Below, one piece after another: positions 53,485 to 64,000 of a stretch of 64,000 nucleotides of DNA. The notes under the pieces were generated by a model, which saw nothing but the letters and a program-made list of their open reading frames with translations, had not been told where the DNA came from and did not search any database. Numbering within the stretch: position 1 is the stretch's first letter; the number at the start of each line of letters is the position of its first letter. Source of the DNA: Torpedo marmorata (taxonomy: Eukaryota). The translations under genes and the position numbers were made by a program. The stretch spans positions 101,742,001 to 101,806,000 of the forward strand of contig OZ360227.1 of NCBI GenBank assembly GCA_977017645.1, read 5' to 3'.

Positions 53485-53643
53485 AGAATGTGTTAGCTAA
53501 AACTAAACTTGTGTGGAACTTTTATTCTGCATCTTGATTGTATTTTCATAGATGAATTTGCCAATTTTACAGGTTTACAGTTATTTATGCATCCTGATAA
53601 ATTGGTCAGTTATCCAAATCACAGTCAACCTGAGTAAACCAAA

Positions 53644-53670
53644 ATGGGAGTGATGCTTTCTTGTTGGAGG
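53644..53670 (+). CDS. LNPK: Probable first coding micro-exon of lunapark (ER junction protein); remaining exons not found in the window
   Basis: aaaATG GGA GTG ATG CTT TCT TGT TGG AGG|GTAAGT = MGVMLSCWR with a consensus donor. Resembles, from memory, the human LNPK start MGGLFSRWR. Acceptors at 53572 and 53580 (ttttacag|gtttacag|). Synteny and strand fit Lnpk beyond Evx2. Confidence 0.75.
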
Positions 53671-55498
53671 GTAAGTGAGTAATTACATTTATATTGTATC
53701 AAATTGTATTAAAACTGAGTTTTCAATTTAACTCAGGAATATTTTTTCAATCTAATAGTTTAGAAAAATAAAGGCTGTGACAAGATTGCAAATGTAATGA
53801 ATCTGATGAAAAAATATTATTTAGATTTTCATGCCAATGTTGTTACAATCTTTAAGAAAGAAGATAAATTGGAGTGCTAATGTTATCAAGGGATTATTGT
53901 GCTCTTGAAAGTATGAAAACGTCTTGCTTATAAACTCTTGGAATTTCCATGCAGTTTTAGACCATCCTGCAGAACAACTGACTTTGTACTGGCTAAATAC
54001 GAATGCCCCAAAATAGATGAAAGTATTCATGTTTCTTCAGAATTAGTTGTCTGCCACCATTCTCTGTATTGATTGTATTGATTCATCGTACAAATTGGGA
54101 TTTAAAAAAAAAAAAAAAAAAGTGGTGTTATTTTCCCAGCCTTGTTTCTTCATCTATATAGTATTAATTTTTGCAATTGGTGAAGGCAGACTATGCACGC
54201 ACTACTGATCTTCAACAGGTTGACCATCCTTCCATGTAATGATGGTGACCTTTGTTTGCATTGGTTCTTTTTGCACATGTTGTAGCTTGGGATTCTCACT
54301 TGAGAAGACCAAGATGTTCTGTCACTGTGTATCAAACTTTGCATGTGTTCTGTCACAAATCATTATCGAGGCATTGATCTTGGAGCCAATTGAAGCTTTG
54401 ATAGCCTTCTTTCTCAAAGTGCTAACATCAAATTCACATGGGCTTCAATGGGTGAGTGCTTCCTCTGGATGAGTGTTTGGCATTTTTACGTTGTGACCTG
54501 CCAAAGGAAATCAAAATCCAGGAGTATAATGGAGTTGTGAAACCTGAGTGATTTCTTGATATTTTAAGTCTGGTGAGGTTCCACCAATGATGTCTCTAGA
54601 TTAATATCCCAAACATCAAATGAGAAGATTACCATATTAATGCCAGAATTCTCACTGAAACCAATAAAACCAATGCTTAGACAATGATCATCTGCTATCA
54701 ACTCGGTAGCGTATGTGAATGCCAGATTTTCATCTCAAATATGTTCTACTTTCAGTTCAGAAAGTCAGTGATTCCAATAGTAGTAAGAAAAAAATATTAC
54801 TTTTAAGGATTTTAAAAAGTTTAAAGAGAAAAGGCATTTATTTTGCTTTTGGAGGAAAGAGTTGACTTAAAATGCATCATTTTATGGAAAAAGTGAAGTC
54901 AAAATGGGCCAGAAGATTAAAGAGAGGAGACTTGTAAAAGTGATTGCTTAAAGAAATTTATTTTGATGTTTTCTATGCTACATTTTGCAAACTACTTGCA
55001 GAGAGATCAACATGAAACTTGTCTAGTGGAGGGAGGTGCCTCTCTGTTGCACATAGCAAGAAACTGTTCCACTAAAGATCATTGCTTTCTTGAATGGTTC
55101 ATTTTTTCCCCCTGAAATAGCAGCAGTGTTTCAGTATGACCTTGTTCTCAAGAGTAGCTTAATTGAAGGTTAATTTCTGAAACTTCCTGGTTTGTTTGCA
55201 ACTTTCAACCCTTTACAAAAATCTGGTGCCTACGAATTCTCTGTATATTGGTTTGATATACTTGAAGTAATTACAATGTAATAACATTGCAGTTGAGTGT
55301 TAACTGCACTCTGAAATAGCCTTACAAATTATTAAATTGTATCACATATATTTCAGTAAAACAGCACTCAAATATAATTGAAAAAGCTTCAAGGCCTGTA
55401 CTGGATTCTGACAGGACAGTGTTATTCCCGATCTTGCAAAGCCCTCCTTGCAAGGCTTCTATTGTCCAATGTCTAAATTAGAAACCTGTTCCAGTGAC

Positions 55499-55710
55499 CA
55501 AAGCATAGAAATGCTGGAGGAACGCAGCAGGTCTTGCAGCGTCCACAGGAGGTAAAGATGTATTACCGATGTTTTGGGCCTGAGGAAGGGCTCAGGCCCG
55601 AAACGTCGGAATGCATCATTACCTCCTATGGATGTTGCAAAACCTGCTGAGTTCCTCCAGCATTGTGTTTTTGCTACAATCACAGCGTCTGCAGACTTTC
55701 GTGTTTCACT
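55499..55710. mobile_element. Second, older head-to-head PLE terminal-repeat fragment (imperfect palindrome)
   Basis: aatgctggaggaacgcagcagg...gggcctgag is mirrored by ctcaggcccgaaacgtcgg...cctgctgagttcctccagcatt; centre near 55585. Confidence 0.8.
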
Positions 55711-56219
55711 CAATAGCTTGGTACTGTCGTACCATTACAATCATTTTGGCAAACACTCCATTGCAGTCTCATGTGCAAGAGAGACCTGCGCGCAATGGCA
55801 TCACAATAGTATGCAGATGTGCAGAACGAGCCACGGGGCCTTCAACATTGATCAGCCCAATCAATCACAAGGAAAGAAGCTTTTTTCCTGATTACCACCT
55901 TGAAATTTCATACTCAAAAGTTCTCTAAGATTGCGTTTCCTGAAAGCTTTTCAGCAGTTCAAGAAAACTGCTCGCCACCACATCCTGAAATGGCAGTTAT
56001 CTGGGCTACATGCTGCCTTTCATCACATCCTTTGTATGAGCAAAAGAATGTGACTTCTCTAGTAAATCTCAAAATTTTGTTTTAGCTTTAGAAATTTCAA
56101 GCTGTTGATTTGTTAATGTGATATAAACACTGTCAGTGAATTTATAGAATAATACAGCACAAAAATTAGTTTGGTCCATAGTCTGCATGTCTCTTGCAGA
56201 GGGCTTTTAAATTTCCATT

Positions 56220-57590
56220 TTCAAGTAGTGCTCCCTGCTCCATTCCCTCTCCCCACCACTCTTTTACAGCATTCTTTTCATGATCCCCTGGGCCACCCTT
56301 GCTTCACCAACATTGAATCTCCTTTTTCCAATTCCTTCCTGTGCAAATGCAGGACGTGCAGCTCCTCTTGCCTTTTCTCTCCCACCTTGCAGGTGAAACA
56401 GCAAACTGCATTTCCAATTTGGCATACTTTTGTTGCTTTCAATGCAGTCATAGTTATACAGTATGGAGCAGGCCCTTCAACCCAACTTGTCCATACTAAC
56501 CTTTGGTGTTCCAGGCTACTCTGGTTTTCTGTGTTTGATTCATATGCTTCTTTAAAAACTTAACATTCAAAAGATGTTGGACAGACATATGAATATTGCA
56601 ATTAGACCTGCCTCAAGTTTCCTCTGGTAGTTTTTTCCAGATACGGATCATCCTGTGAGTGAAAAAGTTGCCCGTCAGGTCCCCCTTAAAACGTTCCCTT
56701 GTCACCTTAAACATATGCCCTCTAGTTTTAGAATCATCTACCTTGGGGAAATCAACTGAACATTCACTTTATCTATTTGTCTCGTCATTTATAAACCTCT
56801 GGCTCCTTTGCTCTGTGAATAAAGACTAAACCTATCAAAATCCAACTTCTCCCTATAACTCAAGCCCTCTAGTCCTAGCAACATCCTGGTAAATCTCCTC
56901 TGCATCCCTTCCAATTTATGTCCTTCCAATAGCCATGTGACCAGAATGGCATACAGTTCTCCAAGTGTGGTCTCACAACACACTGTTCAGCTGAATCATG
57001 AGGTCCCAACTTTTGTACTTTATATCCTGCCCAATGAAGGCAAGCTTGCCAAACACCACCTTCACCACCCTGTCCACCTATGTTGCCACTTTCAGGGATC
57101 GATGTACCTGGGCCTCTTTTAGTACTCTCAAAGGCCCTGCCATTCGCAGTGTCAATCCTACCCTTGTTTGACTTGGCAAAGTGCAACACCTCACATTTAT
57201 CAGAGTTAAATTCCATTTGCCACTCCTTAGCTCATCTACTCTGTGGTCTCTTTAATGGAGAAACCAAGTGCATATTGGGTCACTGAATTGCTGAACACCT
57301 CGCATTTTATTCACAAATATGATCCTGAGCTTCCAGTTTTATGTTGCATAAATTCTCCATATCTGTTGTAGCCTGACTGTGATTTGGGTATTTGGACATT
57401 TTGTATGTTCATACGAGGCACAATATAATCATCAGAACTGCCTTGTTGTGATTTTAAAAAGTCATCCATTTGTAATGCAACCCTAGTTCTCTCTCCCCTG
57501 CCCCCTGAATACACCCCTTACAGATTCTGCTCGACCCACTGGATAGGTCCAGTATTTTCTGTCGTGATTTTCAACATCTACAGCTTTTTG
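56220..57590 (+). mobile_element. Degenerate Penelope-like element interrupted by a CR1
   Basis: Decayed GIY-YIG region: CKCRTC...LQVKQ before 56450, then CGLFNGETK..LG...AEHL and DPELPV after 57238, then a PLE-type tail near 57520-57590. Boundaries approximate. Confidence 0.65.
56451..57238 (-). mobile_element. 5'-truncated CR1 LINE
   Basis: MEFNSDKCEVLHF...VRPHLE...MQRRFTRMLLGLEGLSYRE in broken frames; CR1-type tail (gaagggcctg...ctgta) at the 56451 end. Confidence 0.88.
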
Positions 57591-58164
57591 ACCCTTTACA
57601 ACAGTTTCAATTTCTTGTTGTTTCCCCATATTTCCCTTTCAACTTGTCTACTTCTATTTTCATGGTTACCATTGAAACAATTTACTGCCCTATTAAAAGA
57701 TATATTTTGAAACCCAACCATTCATTATTATAAAGTTTATTTCTCATGTTATCTAACTAATGGCCTTTGATGTGTTGTCTTTGATTTGCACACCTTTACA
57801 TATTGGAAAGCATTTTGCCTGCATAAGCACTTCATGATTTTAATACTTGTCTACTTTTTGCTCTGCTCGTGTAAACTAAATATCTTCGGTCCTCCAGATT
57901 ATTCTTTTTTTTTTTTTTTTTTTTTTAAAAAAGTTATTGTTATCCTTTGTTCCATTTTAGGAAACTCTTCTGTGCACAATTTATTCTACATGTTCTTTCT
58001 AATGACTAGGTCCATAATTAAGTTCAGTGCTCTTAGTTGAAGTTGACCTGAACATTTAATATAAATATCTTTACTATTTTTGTCGTCTTATGCCTCTGTT
58101 TATACCTTGGTACCTGTAGAGGCTGAGATGCATAAACATGCTTTTAAATTTAATTGCATAAAAA

Positions 58165-60891
58165 TATGAAAGTGGCCATTAGTGAAACTTGGTGCAGGAG
58201 GGACAGGATTGCCAGCTCAATGTTCCGGGCTTCCGTTGGTTCAGATGCGATGGAATTGGGAGGGATGAAAGGGGGAGTAGCTGCATTGTTCATCAGGGAA
58301 AATATCACAGCTGTGCTTAGGCAGGACAGACCAGAGGGCTCGTCTACTGAGGCTATATGGGTGGAGCTGAGGAACAAGAAAGGTATGACCACACTCATGG
58401 GGTTGTATTATAGACTGCCCAATAGTCAACGAGAATTGGAGGAGAAAATCTGCAGAGAGATAGCAGACGGCTGCAGCAAACATAAGGTTGTGATAGTAGG
58501 AGATTTTAATTTTCCACATATTGACTGAGACTCCCATACTGTAGAATGGATGGCTTGGAGTTTGTCAAATGTGTTCAGGAAAGTTTTCTAAATCAATATA
58601 TAGAGGTACCAACTAGAGAGAGTGCAATACTGGATCTTCTATTTGGGAAAGAGACAGGACAGGTGACAGAAGTAAGTGTAGAGGAGTATTTTAGGTCCAG
58701 TGATCATAATGCCATTAGTTTCAAGTTAATTATGGAGAAGGATAGGTCTGAGCCTCGGGTTGAGATTCTAAATTGGAGAAAGGCCAATTTTGAGGAAATG
58801 AGAAAGGATAGAATGCGTGGATTGGGATAAGTTGTTTTCGGGCAAGGATGTGCGAGGTAAGTGGGAGACCTTCAAAGGTGAAATTTTGAGAGAACAGAGT
58901 TTGTATGTTCCTGTCAGGATTAAAAGCAAGGTTAGTAGGCATAGGGAACCTTGGTTTTTGAGGGATATTGGGGATCTGTTTCAAAAGGAGAGTTGTGTAG
59001 CAAGTATTAGGCAACATGAAACAAATGAGGTACTTGAGTTTATATATAAAAAAAAAAAAAAAAAAAAAGCAAGAAAAACCTCAAGAAATCGGGAAGGCTA
59101 AAAGAAGACGAGGTTGCTTTGGCAGACAATGTGAAGGAAAATCCTAAGGGTTTCTACAGGTATATTAAGAGCAAGGGACAAAATTGGTCCCCTTGCAGAT
59201 CAGAGTGGTCGGCTTTGTATGGAGCCAAAAGAGATGGGGGAGATCCTAAATGGTTTTTTTCATCAGTATTCACTCAGGAAACAGGCACAGTCGTGGAAAA
59301 TAAGCAGTGAGGTCATGGAACCTATACAGATTAAAGAGGCGGAGGTGCTTGCTGTCTTAAAGCAAATAATGGTGGATAAATCCCTAGGGCCTGACAAGAT
59401 ATTCCATCGGACCTTGAGGGAGGCTAGTGTAGAAATTGCAGGGGCTCAGGCAGAAATATTTAAAATGTCCTTAGCCACAGGTGTGGATTGGAGGGTAGCT
59501 TGCGTTGTTCCGTTGCTTAAAAAAAGGCTCCAAAAGTAACCTTGGAAATTATAGGCCGGTGAGCCTGACGTCAGTAGTAGGTAAATTATTGGAAGATGTT
59601 ATATGAGATCGGATATACAATTATTTGGATAGCCAGGGACTGATTAGGGATAGTCAACATGACTTAGTGCGTGGTAGGTCGTGTTTAACCAATCTTGTAG
59701 AGTTTTTCGAGGAGGTTACCAGGAAAGTTGATGAAGGAAAGGCTGTGAATGTTGTCTACATTGACAAGGTCTCACATGCGAGGTTAGTCAGGAAGGTTCA
59801 GATGCTAGGCATTCATGGTGAAGTAGTGAACTTGATTTGACAATGGCTGGATGGGAGAAGCCAGAGAGTAGTGGAGAATGATTGCTTCTCAGACTGGAGA
59901 CCAATGATTAGTGATGTGCCTTAGGGATTGGTGCTGGGAACTTTGTTGTTTGTCATCTATATCAATGATCTGGATATAATGTGGTAAATTGGATCAACAT
60001 GTTTGCAGATGACACTAAGATTGGGGGTGTGGACAGTGAAGAAGGTTTTCAAAGCTTGCAGAGGGATCTGGACCAGTTGGAAAAATGGGCTGAAAAATGG
60101 CAGATGGAATTTAATGCAGACAAGTGTGAGGTGCTGCATTTTGGAAGGACAAACCAAGAAAGGACATACACGGTAAATGGTAGGGCAGTGAGGAGTGCAG
60201 TAGAGCAGAGGGATCTGGGAATACAGATACATAATTCCCTGAAAGTGGCGTTACAGGTGGCTTGGGTTGTAAAGAGAGCTTTTGGCATGTTGGCCTTCAT
60301 AAATCAAAGTATTGAGTACAGGAGTTGGGATGTTATGTTAAAGTTGTATAAGACATTGGTGATGCCAATTTTGGAGTATTGTGTGCAGTTTTGGTCGCTT
60401 AACTACAGGAAGGATATCAATAAGATAGAGAGAGTGCAGAGAAGATTTACTAGGATATTGCCTGGACTTGAGGAACTGAGTTACAGGGAAAGGTTAAACA
60501 GGTTAGGACTTTATTCCCTAAAGCATAGATGAATGAGGGGAGATTTGATAGAGGTATTTAAAATTGGGGGGGGATAGACAGAGTAAATGTAGGTTGGCTT
60601 TTTCCACTTAGGGTAGGCGAGATACAAACCAGAGGACATGGGTTAAGGGTGAAAGGGGAAAAGTTTAGGAGAAACATGAGGGGTGGGAGTGTGGAATGAG
60701 CTGCCAGCTGAAGTGGTGAATGCAGGCTCAATTTTAACATTTAAGAATTTGAACAGGTACGTGAGTGGGAGAGGTATGGAGGGCGATGAACTGGGTGCTG
60801 GTCAGTGGGACCAGGCAAAAAAAAAATGGTTTGGCACAGACTAGAAGGGCCGAAGGGGCCTGTTTCTGTGCTGTAATGTTCTATGGTTCTA
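58165..60891 (+). mobile_element. CR1 LINE with decayed ORF2 (APE endonuclease + reverse transcriptase)
   Basis: VAISETW, GGVAL, IVGDFNFP, SDHN (APE); YRPVSLTS, GRSCLTNL, FADDTK, WQMEFNADKC (RT). Many stops and frameshifts; tail ggcctgtttctgtgctgtaatgttctatggttcta. Confidence 0.93.
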
Positions 60892-61720
60892 CTTGTTATA
60901 TTTTTACTTTTGCTGATCAATATTTTCCTTGGCCTCAGCATCACTGATCACTGCAGTATGTGACCTTCATGCCCATTTTGAATTGAAGCACCCCTTCTTG
61001 TGCAGTTTGTCGACTGGAAGTAAATGTCAGTGAAATGTTTACCAATTCATTGTCACTATTGCTGTTTTTTTGAATACGTGATGTAAACTGTTCATTTTTT
61101 TTGGAGGAGGCAGGAAAATAGACATTTGATCAACTTGTAAGCTTGAAGTAAAACTAACCAGCAAATTACTTGCCCTAACCCCCACCGTGTGCACCCCTCA
61201 ATCCACAAGTCTACCCAATCCATTTTCTCCTCGTGTCTTTGTTATTTCCTTTCACGGCTTTTTAGCTTGTTCATTAAACTTGCCACTTACTCCTTTGACC
61301 TTGTTCCCTTTGCATTGACCAACCAACTTCCTTTTTTGTCTCCCATGTGATTGATTTTGTTAATTTTATTATCAACTCTAATTGGAGTTGTATATGATGT
61401 CAGTTGCAGAGAGTCTGCTTCATTTACAGATATTTGACAAGGAGTGGGATTGAGTCGATGGTTCTCATTCAGTCTTGAGCATTGGTAGTCTGACAGTTTG
61501 GAGATGGAGGGATCGCGAAGGTTAGAAGTTGTCATGATGCATGTGATAACTCATGCCTTTCAGATTTTCCTTTTGGGGACAGCATGTTGAGGGTCATCAA
61601 TCCTACGGGGATACCCGAAGCAATGTTGCAGGCACAGGAAGAAATGCCATTAAACTCTTCCCTTCCTGGCAGTGGTATGATGTTCACTCCCAGTGTGAAC
61701 TTGAGAGACCAAATCTAAGG

Positions 61721-62235
61721 CATTCTCTACATTGGAGAGACCGGCCGTAGATTGGGAGATCGCTTCGCTGAGCACCTCCCCTCCGTCCGCAACAACAGCG
61801 ACCTCCCAGTAGCCAACCATTTCAATTTCGAGTCACACTCCCACACTCACATGTTTGTCCATGGCCTTATGTACTATCCCACCCAGACTACCCGCAAATT
61901 GGAGGAACAACACCTTATTTTCCGTCTCGGCACTCTCCAGCCAGATGGCATTAACATTGACTTTTCTGCTTTCCACTAAACCTGCTCGTCTTTTATTTCC
62001 CCTCCCCCCCCCCCCTTCCCTGTCCTTCCACCCACCCAGTCATCCCTCACCCCCCTCATTGCTGCTGTCCCCTCCCTTCTCCACCTATCATCTCCTGCCT
62101 TTGCCACCCCCCCCGCCGGCATTTTCTCATACTTTGATGAAGGGCTCAAGCCCGAAACGTCAGTTATGTATCTTTACCTTTGCTACATAAAGGACACTGT
62201 TTGACCTGCTGAGTTTCTCCAGCATTTTGTATTTA
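61721..62235 (+). mobile_element. 5'-truncated Penelope-like element (GIY-YIG endonuclease C-terminus plus terminal repeat)
   Basis: Hand translation LYIGETGRRLGDRFAEHL...PVANHFN...RKLEEQHLIFRLGTLQPDGINIDF, followed by a pyrimidine tract and the hammerhead-like motif at 62134-62161. Confidence 0.9.
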
Positions 62236-62254
62236 CTACTACCAAATCTCTTTC

Positions 62255-64000
62255 CAATATTTTATTTATATATATATATATATATCCAACAAAGTAAATA
62301 AATATAAACAAATGGCTGTAAACAACCTATGAAAGAGACAAAAAAAATATGAAAAAAACTACTCATAATCTCTAACCTCTCCCTTGTGAAGTTATGATTA
62401 AACATATATGTTCCACTAATGTATGAAAGAAAAAGCAACCAAACCATAAAATGGGATCCAATAATCTTTTAAATTCTGATAATAATTAAGGAAAGGACCC
62501 CATAAGTTTAGAAAATTAAGGTTCATTTCATTTAGTAGAGCATCTGATTTTTTTTTTTTCCAAGAGTCAAGCATGCCATCACATCAGATAACCATTGAGT
62601 ATGTGTAGGAGGGACAGCATCCTTCCATCTCATAAGTATAGCTCTTCTGGCATTAAGAGCAAAGGGAACTATATGGGATTGTAGCCTAGATAAATTTAAA
62701 TCAGCTGACTTACTTATTCCAAATAGGGCTAGAAAATGGTTAGAAGCTAAATTAATATTAAGAACTAAAGACAAGGTACGGAAAATACTTTCCCAATAAT
62801 TGGAAAGCGAGGAACATGACCAAAACATATGAAATAATGTACCTTCTTCAGTCTTACATCTATCACATTTTGATGAGAAATTAAAATAAAATTTAGCCAA
62901 TTGAACTTTGGAATAGTGAGCTCGATGTACTACTTTAAATTGCAATAATGAATGTCGGGCGCATAGAGAAGATGAATTAACCAATTTCAAGATAGAATCC
63001 CATGTTGCATCAGAAAATTCTTGTTGAAAATCTTGCTCCCATAGTGGTTTAGTCTTGTCTAGGGAATTACCACTAGACATCAATAATAACTCATTAAAAA
63101 AAAAACTGATAACTTTTTAATATTCGTTTTAAGATTATAAATCTTCTCTATCATCTTTAATTGCAAATCTTGAGGGAGTTTTAATACCAAGGAATTAAAA
63201 AAACTCCTAATCTGTAAATATCTGAAAAAATGTTTAGTTATTTTAAATTTAGAAGATAATTGTTCAAAAGAGGCCAAATTTTGGTCAATAAAGAGATCTT
63301 GAAAAGATTGGATACCAAACTCTGACCATCGGCAAAAACCAAAATCTTGTACCGAAGGTAAAAAAAAAAAGGAATTAGCTAAAAGGGGACTGATTAATAA
63401 AAATCTATGGCATCCAAAATGTTTTCTAAATTGAAACCAAGTCCTCAACATATGTTTAACAACAAAGTTATCAGTTAATTTAGAAGCAGAAAAGGGTAAT
63501 GGTGCTCCAACTATCGAAATGAGGGAATACTTCTTGGTAGAATCAATTTCCAAATTGATCCAACGAGCAACATCCTGTCTGTCCTTACGATGAATCCAAA
63601 AATAAAAAATCTAATATTAGCTGCCCAATAATATAATCTAAAATTAGGCAATGCCAATCCCCCTTTCTTTTTAGGATTTTGAAGGAAAGTTTTATTAAGA
63701 CGGGGGCGTTTATTTTTCCAGATAAAGGGAGAGATAATAGAATCGAGCGAATCAAAAAAAGTTTTGGGAACAAAGACAGGTACAGCTTGAAAAATATATA
63801 AGAACTTAGGCAGGATATTCATCTTAATAACATTAATACATCCAATTAGGGACATTGAAAGAGGAGACCACTGAATGAGGGATTTCTTAACATGGTTCAT
63901 TAAAGTAAGAAAGTTTTCCTTAAACAGATTGTTGAAATTCTTAGTAATAGTAACACCTAAATAATTTGATTTTTAACAATTTTATAAGGAACGGAAAAAT
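62255..64000 (-). mobile_element. L1-clade LINE, decayed ORF2 C-terminal half, truncated by the window edge
   Basis: IKMNILPKFLYIFQ, FIWKNKRPR, GGLALPNFRLYYWA and zinc knuckle CDRC...HMFWSC; frameshifted; AT-rich tail near 62260. Confidence 0.9.

Noticed and set aside
53671-64000. Further LNPK coding exons
   Set aside because: No convincing match to the expected next exon (KPSTVEVLE-like) found by eye; it may lie beyond the window or have been missed.

Overview
This window holds the posterior end of a vertebrate HoxD cluster and its flanking genes, most likely from a cartilaginous fish (inferred from an intact three-exon HoxD14 and the repeat content). Minus strand: HoxD10, HoxD11, HoxD12, HoxD13 and HoxD14. 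Plus strand: Evx2 (3 exons), then the probable promoter and first coding micro-exon (MGVMLSCWR) of lunapark/LNPK. All six homeobox genes splice by hand into open frames with GT-AG introns and consistent phases. Bases 1-49.6 kb are almost transposon-free, apart from two Penelope-like (PLE) insertions; one is a ~740-bp head-to-head palindrome with a 15-bp target-site duplication and hammerhead-ribozyme-like cores. Beyond 49.6 kb the sequence is rich in decayed LINEs (Rex1-like, L1, CR1) and PLEs, including a twin-primed L1 and a CR1 nested in a PLE. I found no demonstrably new gene system. The best leads are a cluster-wide set of TCAAGGTCA/DR0 (NR6A1/GCNF-type) motifs with a CTCF-DR0-DR0-CRE module between HoxD12 and HoxD13, the hairpin PLE insertions, and the very short Evx2-Lnpk interval. 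There are four N gaps. All coordinates were counted by hand and no database searches were run.
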